NCBI RefSeq assembly: GCF_018350175.1
Contig: NC_058385.1
Location: 76,136,001 to 76,200,000, forward strand
Source: Felis catus
Taxonomy: Eukaryota
Length of the DNA: 64,000 nt
Direction of reading: 5' to 3'
Shown here in pieces: positions 21,901 through 34,770 of the stretch. Positions within the stretch are counted from its first letter, which is position 1; every line of letters begins with the position of its first letter. The position numbers and the translations under genes are program-made. The notes beneath the pieces were generated by a model, which was not told the DNA's origin, searched no databases, and saw nothing but the letters and a program-made list of their open reading frames with translations.

Positions 21901-23502
21901 GAATGGAGTGCCCAGGCCAAGATATTATCCAAAAACCTAAACAAGATTTGGTAGTTGGTCTTTCTCCTTCCTCCAACTTAGATGTTTTAGGCTGGAAGCC
22001 TGTGGAGAGAGAGGTGGGGGCTTTGGGATTGACTTCTCTACTCCTTGGTCTTGTGCTCCAACAATTTCTCAGATCCTAGCTTCTCAGAAGCTTCTGGCTC
22101 TTCCAGGGTTGGTGTGGGGGAGGAAGGAGAGGTAAAAGAATAGGTAAAAGCCTCTTTAGATGGCGCCATATCAGCTTCCCTTGTATCCCAGAACCTGGCA
22201 AAAGCATGGGCACTTTTAGGCTCTTCAAAAATCTATCATTGAGAACCTCCCCCGAGGCTCCGGCCACATAGGTGGAATCGGCTCTATTTGGGAAGATGCT
22301 TCGTCTCTTCCTCAGATCATAGGGACCCAGATTCTTGAGGATGGGATGTGTCCTGACTCCTGGAAAGCCCTTTCAATTGGAATATACCCACCATGGCTTT
22401 CTCTCACCCCAACGAGTCCCACACTGGCTCATGGGAGACATTCCACACCTCTTGTTCTAAGAAACATTGGGTGTCCACAAAGAAGGATTCCTCAGTTTCT
22501 CCCCCCAACCCAAGTCAGTACATCAGCTCCCCTTTGAGCTCTACATTTCGTGATCAGGAATCAGACCTCAAATGTAGGGAACACATTTCAAATATCTTGG
22601 GATAACTCCATTGAAGAGTCTCACCAAACGTGAGCTGGCACCCCCAAAATATGGTGGTATCCCTAAAATATCTCTTTGATGATTTTCCTCCTTCTTTTCT
22701 CTAACCCTCTTCAAATCCTCAGTGGGAAAGAGGGTCCTTTAGCCCTGGGACAGGTCTTCTGAGATTTCCTTTGTACATTGCAAACATGGGAATCTGGCTT
22801 TGAATTTCTCATCTGTTATCTCTTGGTGCTTATCAGAACCCTCAGTTTCAACATCCTGCTCCAAATTTGTTTCAAGATAATTTGTATGCCAAGAGGAATT
22901 TTTATTTTTTCTTCCTTTGGTCTCCCATCCAAATGTTCCACGCCTTTACGATTGTATGACTCAGTCTCTAAGACATATCCTCTAAGTCACAAGATGGGGA
23001 ATGACTCATGCTTGGTCTGTACTATCTGTGAAGGCCATAAAATACAGGATAGCTATACTAAAGTAAGTCTGGATATTCTAGAATTCCAAGTAGAGAGAAT
23101 TCAGAATAGAGAAGGGATTTTATGTGCTAAGAATTAAAGGAAGAGACTTTGCATTGTTTTAGGGGATTGGTGACCAGGTAAAAAGTACTTGAAAATTAAG
23201 GTGAACTTTGGAATTATTTATTAGGAGTTACCATGAGCTTCATATATAACGTGCCACCAAATCCTCAAAACAACCCTGCTTGTTTCCAAACTAGCATTCA
23301 TTCTTCAGATTCTGATTTAGATGTTACTACAGAAAAGCTTTTCTGACGCCATATTAAATGCTCCTGCTCTATTGGCCCAGAGAAAATGGTATCTGACTAT
23401 GTATAGCACTCTGTTGTCATTGTCTGTTTACTTCTCCGCTTCATTAGTTAGCTAACTGAAAGGTGAAGTCGGCAATAGTATATACTTGACAAATATTTCA
23501 CC

Positions 23503-23790
23503 TGTGTATTAGTGAGAATAATTTAAGTTATGCTGTAGTAACAAACATTCCCCAAATCTGTGCAGTTTCTCAGAGCAGAGGCTGAGTGCCTAGTCAGGCA
23601 AAGTCCTAGAGACTCCCCCTGGTAGCTTTCCTTCACGTGTGGATCTCAGGGTTGCACTCCAAGGAGAGTTTTTGTAGTGGAGACAAAAAGAACCGGAAGG
23701 TTGGCATCAGCATTTCCGTGCTTCACCGGGGAGCGACACCAGTCACCTCTCTCATGGCTCACGGGTCAGAAGTGGTCCCCCGAAATGCTG
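23503..23790 (-). mobile_element. Old MLT1 (J/K/L-like) MaLR LTR remnant
   Basis: TGTGTATTAGTGAGAATAATTTAAGTTATGCTGTAGTAACAAACATTCCCCAAATCT is the typical antisense 3' end of old MLT1. Confidence 0.6.
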
Positions 23791-24364
23791 GAGATGTGCT
23801 TGGTGTGCACCACTCCGGCCGCCCGCCCTGGTCCCAAAGACTTGGTTGCATCCTTCCACGTGGAGATGCTAGCACACTGAGCCCCTGGGCTGAGCTCGTT
23901 TCATGGCAGTACAGAGTCGGAGGGTGGGATGCCGAGAAGTGAGAGGCAGGACCCTGAATGCAGCAAACCTTGAGCACCGGGCTGAGCAGTCGGGGACCCT
24001 CTTTTTTAAACAACATGAGCCATTTCTTGGATGGCTGCTCTGTGCCAGACTATATTATTTCTGTGCTTTGCCACTAATCTGCCAGGTGGGGAGAGCAGTA
24101 GCCATGTGGCAGAGTGGGGATTTGAGCTTGGGTCTGCAAAGCTCACACGCCTGTCACAGACCTAGGTGAGAGGGAAACCCTGGGCAGGCTGTGAGAGAGA
24201 GAAAGTTAGGAGGCTGTTGACACGGTGAGAAGTTATGGATGGCTGAACCAGGCAGGGGGCAGTGAAGGTCTCCAGACACACATCAAGGCACCTCCTGTTT
24301 CCGTCATCTATTAAATATCCCCAACCGCATCCCTAATATTTTGTTCCCTCTACAGCAACCCGCC

Positions 24365-24588
24365 TTTTTTAAAAGATTTATTTTATTTTAAGAGAGGGAG
24401 AGTGTGAGCAGGGGAGAGGGGCATAGGGGGAGAGGGAGAGAGAAAGACAGAGAGACGGAGAGAATCTTAAGCAGTCTCCACGCTCAGCATGGAACCTGAT
24501 CCAGGGCTTGATCCCACGATCCCGGGATCGTGACCTGAGCCAAAATCAAAAGATGGACACACAACCGATTGAGCTTCCCAGGTGCCCC
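24365..24588 (-). mobile_element. Older carnivore CAN-SINE
   Basis: TTTTAAAAGATTTATTTTATTT..GAATCTTAAGCAGTCTCCACGCTCAGCATGGAACCTGA..CCCAGGTGCCCC. Confidence 0.93.
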
Positions 24589-24894
24589 CATCAATCCACA
24601 TCTGATGGTCAGGATCTGAGCACTGGAATAGTGGAGGAGATGGTGGGATGAGCTGTCACAGGGAGTGAGGGAGCAGAGCAGGCATGGGATCTGTGTGGCT
24701 AAAGGCTTCTTAGGATACTGTCTGGGTGACACACGTGTTAGTCAGTGACCTAGAAAGAGTCTCCTTCCTCATCTCAGCCCCAGCCCTCCCGGGGATAATG
24801 CTCTCCCATCTTTTCCAGAGACAGTGAATTTCATGTTTTACAAGTGAACCATATGGAAGTCACATTTCTTTTGATAGATTTAACGCTGGCCACA

Positions 24895-25110
24895 CTGTTG
24901 AGTGCCTGTAGGAGCCAGGTGGGAGCTGGGTGACAGGAGGGCTTCCAGATGGAAAGAACACCAAGTCCCTGCCCTCTGGGAATTCAGCACCCGAAGGGGA
25001 GCAGACAATGTTCAGGTGAGTGCCCCAAACACACTGTGTGACAAAGGCCCTTGGGAAGGTAGGTGTCTAGAGGATGGTGGACACAGGGTGGGAGCTGCTG
25101 AGAAAGGGGT
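24895..25110 (-). mobile_element. L2 remnant
   Basis: TGTTGAGTGCCTGTAGGAGCCAGG..CCAAGTCCCTGCCCTCTGGGAATTCA. Confidence 0.55.
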
Positions 25111-26689
25111 AGAAAACAAGATTCCCCTTGTTGAGGGGGCTTGTGGTTGGAGAAGAGCTTGGGATTCAGAATCAAGGACTTTTTGTGCATGAAGGTTCTG
25201 AGCTCACATCGGAGCGCTTCCTGCATTAACCAGTGGCACGAAAGAAAGATCTCAGAGAGTCTCCACCACTGAAGTGCATCCCTGTGTCCCCATTGCCTGG
25301 GCTGGGGTGGCCCAGGGCAGGGGTTCTGGGCTTTAGAACTCCCAGTCTTAGCTCTTACTCTGCTGCCAGTCTGATCCTGGACAAACGCTTTTTCCACTCT
25401 GAGCCTCAGCCTTCTCTCGAGCCTCTAGCAACTGGCCAAGTGGCAAAACAGGATTTATTTTCCTCATCTCGCAGAAAACAAAATTGAGTGTCAGGGAAGC
25501 GAGGAAGGAAATGCTTTGATTTGAGCATTGCAGTTGCCCTGGGAGGTGGATTATCTCACCATTCTCGTTTCACAGACAAGACAACACACTAGAAAGACAA
25601 AGTCATTTCTCCAAACTTGTGCATCTGGTCTAGGTGAAAGCAGGTGTTCCAAACCATGCTGCTTGGCCTCCAGACAACGTGTCCTTCCACTTCTGCTGAC
25701 ACGTCAGTGGTACAAAGGCTTGGGTGTGATTTTCGGAACATGTGAAACATCATCTTTACCAGAGTGAAAACTTTTCATACTTAAAAAAAAAAAAAAATCC
25801 GTGAGACAGTCTGCCTCTCTACAGCTCTGAGGCCATTGGAATCCTATGAAAAAGGCCACTGATCTTTGTGTCCCCATGCCTTTGAGGAAGGAAGATTTTT
25901 TTCCTTTCTGAAGCAAATTAAATATTCCATCAGTGAAACATAATTTAATAAACCCATGAAACTGAAGCTATGGCTCTCATTAAAATAAAAGCCACTCATT
26001 TACCTTGTCATCATTTGGGGAAAGTTTCCATGACCTACTGGATCCCAAATCACCCCAAAGCCTACAATCAAAGCCATCTCATGCTATTAGACTCCCAAAC
26101 GCTTTCTTCTTCAAATATTATTAAATTCATAAACTCTGGAGTAGAATGGCTTTGATCTAGTATTCCAATATAGAAAAACCTCATTAACTTAGGTGTCACT
26201 AATTCACTAAAGGTGGAAATCTGGGCTTGAGGCAAGCTGAAGTTGACTTTCTAGTTTGTGTTTTTCTAAAAGTCAAATGTTTGCAGTTGCATGAATTCAC
26301 TTTGCATCCAACGTTATGTTCTGTTGGCACCAATTCCCAATTTCCCTTTAAATTGGTCCCCTTTCTCTCTCCCTTTCGTGCTTCTTCAGGAGCTCTAGCC
26401 ATCATTTTGGCCCAATTGCTCACTCTCTGAGTTTTGAATGCCCAAATCAAGTCTACAGAGAGCAGCCCAATGATGTGTCTAAAGTCCAAATCTGCTCGTC
26501 ACTCACCTGCGAAAACTTACACGCTCTGTTGCCTATGGGATGAAGTCCACTCTATTTACAAGTTCACAAGATGCCTGCCATTCTGCATGTGCCTCTTTTC
26601 TCCAGCCTCATTCGTCTTCCCTGTATCCTTACTCGGAACTCTACTTGGGGACATTCCCCACCACACTTTCCCCAACATGATCTGCATCC

Positions 26690-27070
26690 TTTGGATCTGC
26701 CTATGACGGTCCCTCTGACTGGAACAGTCCTCCCCGCCCCGCCCCCCACACACACCTCCTGATAATTCTGGCTGCCTCTTACTCGTATTCAGGTCTAAAC
26801 TCAGACTACCCCTTGAGACACTCTAGGAAGACTTGCCTGAACCCTCAGTCCTGAACAGGAATAACTCCTTTGTGTTCTCGTGGTTCCCTCTTCTTCCTCC
26901 ATTGTTGACTCATCACCGTGAGCTGTCATTGACTATTAATTAATTGGTCTGTACTCCTTACGAGACCAGAGGCTTCTACAAGATTGGAATCATCAGAAGG
27001 TGCCATTAGGAAAATACCAGGTCCGTAGTAGAGTCTCAGTCTATATTATTTGACTGAATAAATGAACAAT
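26690..27070 (+). mobile_element. L2 3' end remnant
   Basis: GGTCCCTCTGACTGGAACAGTCCTCCCC..CAGGTCTAAACTCAGAC..TATTTGACTGAATAAATGAAC. Confidence 0.65.
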
Positions 27071-27789
27071 CAGTGTATCTTGATGGGAGTGCAGATGGGC
27101 ACATAAGGCACATAAGGAAACCACACCTCAGAGATTTTAGTGATTATCCCAACCAAACGGGTTTCTTCCCACCATATTGGACCCATCTCTGTGCTTCCAA
27201 CAGTACCCATAGCACCTTGGACCTACAAGGTACTCAGGAAATGTTTTTACATGAAAAATAGCATAGGACGTGCTGTGTCTGGCTATGAGCATATGGTTTT
27301 CTAGGAGTTGGTGTCGAGTGTGGCCAGGGGGCCTGGCAGAGAGAGGACTCAGCAAGTTCCAACGACTAAAAAGCGAGTCCCACTGCCTCCATTTTCGTCC
27401 TCTTGTCTAGGGTCACCTCATGAAGGATTGGGAGAAAGTCAAAACAGCTGGGTGATTCCATTAACAACCAATAATCTGGGAATGCTGCTGAATGCTTTTG
27501 AAACTGAAGTAGCAATAACTCCCCACGGGTCCATTAACCTGCAGCCGAAATTAGATTATGTAGAAATAACATTAAATAAAGAGCCACAGTCCTCAGTTAA
27601 TTGAAAGGCAAACTTGTGAATTATAAGATCATTCTCTTTGAAAGGCAGAATATTTCATTGCCCCAAGACCCTTGGGACCACTCTTGAGTGTCCAGCTTGA
27701 GGTTCATTTTAGGGAAAACACATTTCCTGTAGGGGCACTTTAGAAATCTATTTGTTGTAGAAAACAGTTTGAAATAGGAAAAATTAAAA

Positions 27790-27915
27790 GCTTTGGAATT
27801 AAACCAAAGTAAGATGGGTTTAAATCTTGGATATGCCACATGCAAGTTCTGTGACCTTAGGAAAGTTATTTAATTTCTCGGAGTTCCAACCATCTTGGCC
27901 ATTCATGGGGGAGTG
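27790..27915 (+). mobile_element. MIR remnant
   Basis: GCTTTGGAATTAAAC..GGGTTTAAATCTTGG..TGTGACCTTAGGAAAGTTATTTAATTTCTC. Confidence 0.65.
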
Positions 27916-28729
27916 GGGGTGGTAATGACACGTATCGCCCAGTCTTGTGAGGGTGGCAGGCACATAAATAGATCACTGAAATAGAAGGAAGAGGGTATGT
28001 TGAGAGAGAGAGTGTTATGAGAGCATCCAGGAGGACTATCTCACTCATCCAAGAAGTGAAGAATGACTTCTCAAAAAGATGCCACCAGCAGGAAATCATG
28101 AAGAATAAATAGGTGCAAATAGATACAAGGGCAGGTCACTAGTATGTGCCCTGGAAGCCACCTAGACCCTGATCATTGAAAATTCAAGGAGACAGAGCCA
28201 GTTTACTGGTCACCCTCCCTTTCGTCATCCCTTCTTTCTTTCTAAGCTTCCGTATTTATTTCCTTCTATCTCTCCTACCAAAATTCCTATATTCCTTCTC
28301 ATCTTGGCTTCAGGGACGCCTGAGGAGAACTGTCAGTGGCCATTTTCTCAGGCTCAAGGGGAACAGATCCTTTTCTGTCTCTTCCTGATGGCAGCACTTC
28401 CTGCTGAGAACAGGACATTGTCTCCATTTCCCTCTGCCTCAGGCAGATGGCGGGGAGTGTTGTGTTTCCACAAAGCAGCACATTGTCCCTGCTCCCGAGT
28501 CTCTCAGAGGGCCTTGTCATGGAAGGCATCCAGGAGAATTTGGAGCTCTGCGCCTGCCTTTTCAAAACACAGAAACTTCCATGGCCCTCAACCTCACAAA
28601 GTTGCGAGACCCTACATGAAGGGCCCCGTATCTGAATGGGTCTGCAGCACTAGGGACCAAGGTCCTGGAGGACAAGTGGTTTATGAGAATCTCCCCCCCA
28701 CTGTACGCACTGGAGGTAGAAGGGGTGAT

Positions 28730-28862
28730 AATCATCTCTGCTTTATGGATGAAGAAACCAAAGCTCAGAAGGGCTCAGTAATTTTCCCCAAATTACATAG
28801 CCAGTATTAGGTAGACACAGATTACCTGCCTGGTCTTCTGAGTCCAAATCCAGTGCCCTTTC
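28730..28862 (-). mobile_element. MIR remnant
   Basis: CTTTATGGATGAAGAAACCAAAGCTCAGAAGGG..CCAAATTACATAGCCAGTA..GAGTCCAAATCCAGTGC. Confidence 0.7.
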
Positions 28863-28974
28863 ATGATGATATACTTACTGCCTCTGTCTATTTACAAATC
28901 TCTGGATTTTGACCCAGTGTCGAGAAATAACCCAGAGGTTTGATTAGATTTTGACTTTCTGGTTTTAGCTTTGC

Positions 28975-29170
28975 TTATACTCCAAGTGAGAGCCAAGCTC
29001 TTCCATCCAAACCTGCCCTTTCTTCAGTCCTTCTTTGCATCTTTGCATTAGATGGGAGCATGAGCATCGATCCGTCGTCCAGGAAAAAACCTGGTAATCA
29101 TCACAAACGTCTGACTCCTCCAACCCACCAGCCCTGTGACTGCCTGCCCCCTCCACTGAACCCCAGGTTC
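28975..29170 (+). mobile_element. L2 ORF2-region remnant
   Basis: CCAAGCTCTTCCATCCAAACCTGCCCTTTCTTCAGTCC..AAAAACCTGGTAATCATC..GACTCCTCC. Confidence 0.55.
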
Positions 29171-29329
29171 TACAACCTTGGCTTAACAAACACCTCTTGC
29201 TTCTGTCCCTCCTCTCCTCTGCCCCCAGCCCCACTCCAGCGCCTTACCTGAGTCTCTTGCTCACCCAGGAAGGCACAGTGACCTTCCAACTGGTTGCCTT
29301 TCTGAGGAGTTTCCCCTAAATCCAAAGCC

Positions 29330-29700
29330 CGTATATCAGCAAGGTGATCTTTCGATGCCGCGATAGATATTTTCAAGGAGCACCCACTCGCTAAAAGAAG
29401 TGACTTTGGACGGTGGGACATCTCCAAGTCGAGCAAAATACCACGCACCGCCGTCTTTACATTCGACATCTCCCACCCCTCAAAACAACTCTGTCAAAAC
29501 AGTCCCATTGTGCCAAATTTACGGCCAGAAAGTAGCAGAGCTGGACCGTCAGCACAGGAGGTTTGAGCTACCGGGCTGTGCTCCGTTCACGCTGCCGCAC
29601 TGCCTGCCAGGTGGGTTCCAATTCCTCAGGGTCAGCTGAGGCCGAGCCACCTGCCTCCGGGTGCCCCTCAGCCACCTGCAGCGGATTCTGTGTTCCGTGC
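29330..29700. promoter_or_regulatory. Small CpG-island-like segment
   Basis: I count about 21 CpG in about 370 bp, far above the flanks. Confidence 0.5.
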
Positions 29701-30802
29701 CCCCACACAGGCCCTCCCGTGGCCTGGAATGCCCTTCTCCTTCCCACCGTCCTCCCAAACCCCACTCAGTCAGCAGCCAGGGCCAGAACTCAGGATATTC
29801 TCCCCCCAGCCCCATTTCTTCTCCACCACGGAGCCCTGCCTCCTGCCCGTGAACAGCTGTCCCTTCTAGGTTGGGACAGTGGCACTGGCTGGGTTGAGGA
29901 TGGGAACCACCGCCGGGCATCGCTTCAGTGTGTGTGTGTGTGGAGGGGGTGTTCACGCAAAGGGCTAAGCCTCTGTTAGCCACTACTGGAAACTATTTCG
30001 GGTTTTCATTGGTTTCCAGGTAAAGGAAACAGGACGTGGTTTCCTAGTCAGACTAAGAGCCGCTCTCCCATGTCATGCCGATGACAGGGCTTCGGAAAAA
30101 CAAGGGTTCTCCTGCTGAGCCGCAGGCCAGAGGGTCCTCCCCGGAGAGGGAAGGTGCTCTCCCAACGGACGCAATGCCAGGCTGGAGTGTGCTGCTTCTT
30201 GAGGAGTAAAACTATCAGAATTAATCTGTTAAGCGTGCCCATGTGCTGAGGAGTCTCCTTCATCAGCCAATGACCCAATGAAGGACGAGGCCTAGGTGGT
30301 ATGAGTGCACCATTCTGTCGGGCTTGCAGATACCAAGTATTAGGACCCAAAAGAAAAAAGACACAGAGTTTGTCCCTCTGGCATTAGGAAAGATGCTGAC
30401 TGAGGCCTCCACGAACTTGGAACACAACACACTTGTGCCGCGTGAGAGGCTAGGACCCCGCGAGTGGAAGCCTGGCTCTGAACTTCCCAGGTGAGCGGAT
30501 GTGGGAGACTGATGGAGTCAGGGCTGGTGGTCCACTTCAGGTTGGCTGCAGTACCAGCAGGGGACCTCCGGTGTCCCCTTGCCTCTCTGGGGCTCCCGTT
30601 TCTGTTCTGTGAAACAAAAGGATCGAACCACTCCCTGTCTTCCTAATTATCGTGTTTTTAATGTGTTCATACGTTGCTCTCTAATTTAATGTTTTTCTTT
30701 TAAGTTAACTTAAATCAATCCGATTTTAGAGCTTAGCCATTTTCTAAGGAATAATATCCATAAAATCATGGGTTTGGTGTGCTAATTACATGTTTTCACA
30801 CT

Positions 30803-31150
30803 GTATCAGTTAGAAGGTCGTCGGTTGAAAGCAATGGAGAATAATTCCAGCCATCATGAGCCAAGACGGGTCGCGAGGGCGGGGTGTTGGGGCCTCGGAT
30901 AACTTTCAGGAGGCTGGAAGGTCAGACTTGAAGGCAGTCACTATCAAGGATGCTCGAGCTGACCCGGCAGCAGAATCATGGCAGGATAACTATCATGGCC
31001 TCTGCAAAAAGCACCTTGCCCTGCCTCAGCCACTGCATGAGTATGACCACCAGCCCTTCCCCAGCCAGAACTGTGTTATGTGCCCAGAATTCAAAGCCCT
31101 GGGGAGAGGATTTTGGAACTCAAATCCTTGGTCAAACCCGACTCACACCT
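30803..31150 (-). mobile_element. Ancient LTR remnant (MLT1/LTR33-like), family uncertain
   Basis: TGTATCAGTTAG..GGTTGAAAGCAATGGAGAATAATTCCAGC resembles the antisense end of old ERVL-MaLR LTRs. Confidence 0.35.
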
Positions 31151-31783
31151 ATATCCTGCCTACCATGGGCAGGGTTGGAGAATGAAAGTCTGATCCTTGG
31201 AAAGTCGGTCCAGGGATTCCCCAAGACGACACAAAATGAGAGATTCCCCCAGCATGAAGAGCAAAATATAGGTTGAATGGTGGGTCATGCAGAAACAAAA
31301 CATCAAAACAAGAGTATCTATTACACTCGTGAAAATAAACACACTGCTATGAAAATAAGAAGGTCGCCCATGGACATGACATTATACACTCATGTACCGT
31401 CTGACCCATGCCCTGCCTTTAGGAAGCCCTGAACCAGTCTGTCTCTGAGGACCCTGCAGCTTTGGCCTCCATTGCCTATACATGAACACCATCGTATTAG
31501 AACGTAGAGACTCATCTTGTACTTTCTGCAACAAAAATTGACCCTTGGATGTTTTTGTCTTTGTCTTTTGTTTGTTTGGTAGCTATTCTTTACTTGCAGC
31601 TGCAGAACTTGTATAGAGCCATTTTTTTACTCTATTCAGTTGACCTTCTGCTTCCACCTTATTTTTGATGTGTTTAGACTCTAACGCACCATCACAGTTT
31701 TGCATCTCACTACAGTAAGTAATAGGTAGTTGGAAAGGAGGAAGGGATATGAGCCTTTTTGTTGTGCTTGAGGTTCTGCTATA

Positions 31784-31998
31784 TTTTCTTAATGTTTTAT
31801 TTATTTTTGAGAGAAAGAGACAGAGACAGAGCATGAGCAACGGAGAGACAGAGAGAGAGGGAGACACAGAATCTCAAACAGGCTCCAGGCTCTGAGCTGT
31901 TGGCACAGAGCCCGACACGGGGCTCAAACTTGTGAACCATGAGATCATGACCTGAGCCGAAGTCAGACGTTCAACCGACTGAGCCACCCAGGGACCCC
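31784..31998 (-). mobile_element. Feliform CAN-SINE
   Basis: Antisense full-length SINE, TSD TTCTGCTAT. Confidence 0.96.
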
Positions 31999-32585
31999 TG
32001 ATTCTGCTATCTTGTGATTACAGCGTAGCTTCCAGAAATTCCCAGGACCATGCCAGAGAGCTCATGTTCCCAATGGTCAAGGTATAATCTCATGCTAGGG
32101 TTTCTCTGGGGTTCCAGAGAGAACATATTCTTCACAGAGCTTTAGAAACACTTAACTAAGTCAAAGTTTATTCCACTCTTCCTAAACCTGTGTCTGATGC
32201 TACTCATTAAACTACCCTACATCTCAGCAAATCAATGTTAGCTGTGGAAGAAGTCTCAGAAACAATATGTTCATTTTTATTGATAAGGCCCAGAAAGGCA
32301 AACGATCCAAAGAACTTCCAAAGAAATGGTACCCTGGGCCTAGAATACTCTGCAAACTCTTTTGAAACCCATGGTACAAGTTCTAGTTCAAGTATTAGGT
32401 TACTTTTTTTCTAACAGAACCCCTTCCCCCTGCCAGGAAAGAATATTTCCTGGTTAACTGATACTTACGTAGAAAAATGAAACAGAATTCTCTCTATAGA
32501 TAAAGTTACCAAAATTAATGCATCTTAATGCATAGTCTTATCAATAAATGATCGGTAATTCCCAAGCATATATGCGTGTGTGTGC

Positions 32586-32589
<4 letters not shown>

Positions 32590-32625
<36 letters not shown>
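32590..32625. repeat. (CA)n microsatellite
   Basis: Directly visible. Confidence 0.95.
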
Positions 32626-32627
<2 letters not shown>

Positions 32628-33289
32628 ATCCCACCAAAAGAAAAAGTAAATGACGTCCAATATCTGAACACTTCATTACAGAAATAAGTATTAGATACGA
32701 AGGTTGAAATCCGAAGTATGGCAGGAAAGAAAAAAGGTTTACACCTGGTCTTTTGGCCATCCATTTTACCAGGGAGAGATGAATAAAGAAAAAATGAAAA
32801 GAAGAAGTAAATACAAGGTCAAACCTTGTCAGTATGTTACCGGTGGAATGATAGCAGAATTCTTATCAGTGGAATTCTTCCAGTAGGATACACTCAGTCA
32901 CTCTAGGTTGCTTATGGTGAACAAAACTTGTAGATGAAATTTAGAGACTTCTGGACCATAGCCTGCTGGAAGATGTCAGTGGCAGGAATGCAACAGAACA
33001 TAAGATGGAGATCCTTCATGCTGCAACAGTTTCCTCTTCGGGAAAGTGATGGCGCACCTGCGTCACTTAGAGACCCCATATGTTAAGTCAGCGGTAGTCT
33101 GATTGGATGAGGAACAACCCACAAGGCAGTGGTGGCAATCCTGGACTTCCCATGTTTGGTCTACGTGCCACAATCACCCACATCATTTGAATTTTTAGTA
33201 AGGTTTAATAAGCTCTCTGATTTGCAAGAGTCTGATTTGATAATGCAACCCTTGGTGACATCTTACTAGCACATATGGTAGAAAGCAAA

Positions 33290-33745
33290 AAAAAAGAAAG
33301 AAAAGTGGTCACAAAACTTCTTGCTTTCTCTGTATGGCCTTGTCTCCCTGCCCCACCAGATATTCTGCTCTAGCTCAGCCATGTGACTTCCGTTGGCCAA
33401 CAGGGTGTTAGCCAATGTGACACAAGAGAGGCTTGAAAAGCACGGGGAAGTAGCAATTATGTTCTCTTGCTGCTGGTCGGAACTCCGTGCCGTGTGGAAC
33501 CCGGGCCAGCTGGCTGGAGGGTAGAGACCACATGGACGAGAGAGAGACAAGATACCTTAGCTGAGGCCCTCGAGCAATCAGCCCTGGCAGGTGGGACTTG
33601 TCCGCTGACTAGAGATGTGTGAGTGAGTCCGGGTGAGCCCAGGCTAATCGCTACCCTGCAGAATCATGAGTAAATAAATATTTGTGGGGTTTTTTACACA
33701 TCTGCTTTTTGGGGTGTTTGACTGCACAGAACACATTAATCGACA
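33290..33745 (+). mobile_element. MLT1 (G/H/I-like) MaLR LTR
   Basis: CAGCCATGTGACTTCCGTTGGCCAACAGGGTGTTAGCCAATGTGACACAAGAGAGGCTTGAAA..GAATCATGAGTAAATAAAT..TTTGGGGTGTTTG. Confidence 0.7.
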
Positions 33746-34088
33746 CAGTTTATTCAAAATCCATTGTGATCAGACCCAAGCCGTCTTGTCACACCTTCTC
33801 CACCCCTACCTCTCATTCTCCTTTCCTTAGTTTGATACTAGGGCTCACCGTCTGGTGGCTTAGGGGCAATCCAAATGTATTTCACGCACAGCCAAAGTTC
33901 TGCCAAGATTCACGAGAAGGCCAGACTTACTGCTTCTCCGCAGTGCACATCTGATGTTTAAGCATTCTTGCCATACTAACCGCTAGATACTTTCAATATC
34001 AACCCTGGTCCCGTGAACACAAAGTGGAATCAGAAGATTTTTCCATGGAAATCTGAATTCTTAGTACTCTAAAAACATGTTTTTTATA

Positions 34089-34770
34089 GATGCTGGCGAG
34101 GATGTGGAGAAATGGGGACCCTCTTGCACTGTTGGTGGGAATGCAAGCTGGTGCAGCCGCTCTGGAAAACAGTGTGGAGGTACCTCAAAAAATTAAAAAT
34201 AGATCTGCCCTATGACCCAGCAATACCCAATAGCATTGGGTAAATGCTGGGAATTTACCCAAGGGACACAGGAGTGCTGATGCATAGGGGCACACATACC
34301 CCAAAGTTTATAGCAGCACTTTCAACAGTAGCCAAATTCTGGAAAGAGCCTAAATGTCCATCAACTGACGAATGGATAAAGAAGATGTGGTTTATATATA
34401 CAATGGAATACTACGTGGCAATGAGAAAGAATGAAATTTGGCCATTTGTGGCAACGTGGATTGAACTGGAGGGTATTATGCTAAGTGAAATATGTCAGTC
34501 AGAGAAAGACAGATACCATATGTTTTCACTCATATGTGGATCTTGAGATACTTAGCTGAAGACCACGGGGGAAGGGTAGGGGGGAAAAGTTAGAGAGAGA
34601 GGCAAACCAGAAGAGACTCTTAAACACTGAGAACAAACTGAGGGTTGATGGGAGTGGGGGGAGGGGAAAGTGGGTGGTGGGCATCAAGGAGGGCACCTGT
34701 TGGGACTGGGTGTTGTATGGAAACCACTCTGACAATAAATAATATTAAATTTTTTTTGAAAGAAATAAAG
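34089..34770 (+). mobile_element. 5'-truncated carnivore L1 (ORF2 C-terminus plus 3'UTR)
   Basis: ORF 34244-34546 reads FIAALSTVAKFWKEPKCPSTDEWIKKMWFIYTMEYY..LEGIMLSEICQSEKDRYHMFSLICGS (L1 ORF2p end), then G-rich 3'UTR, AATAAA and A-rich tail. Confidence 0.96.
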
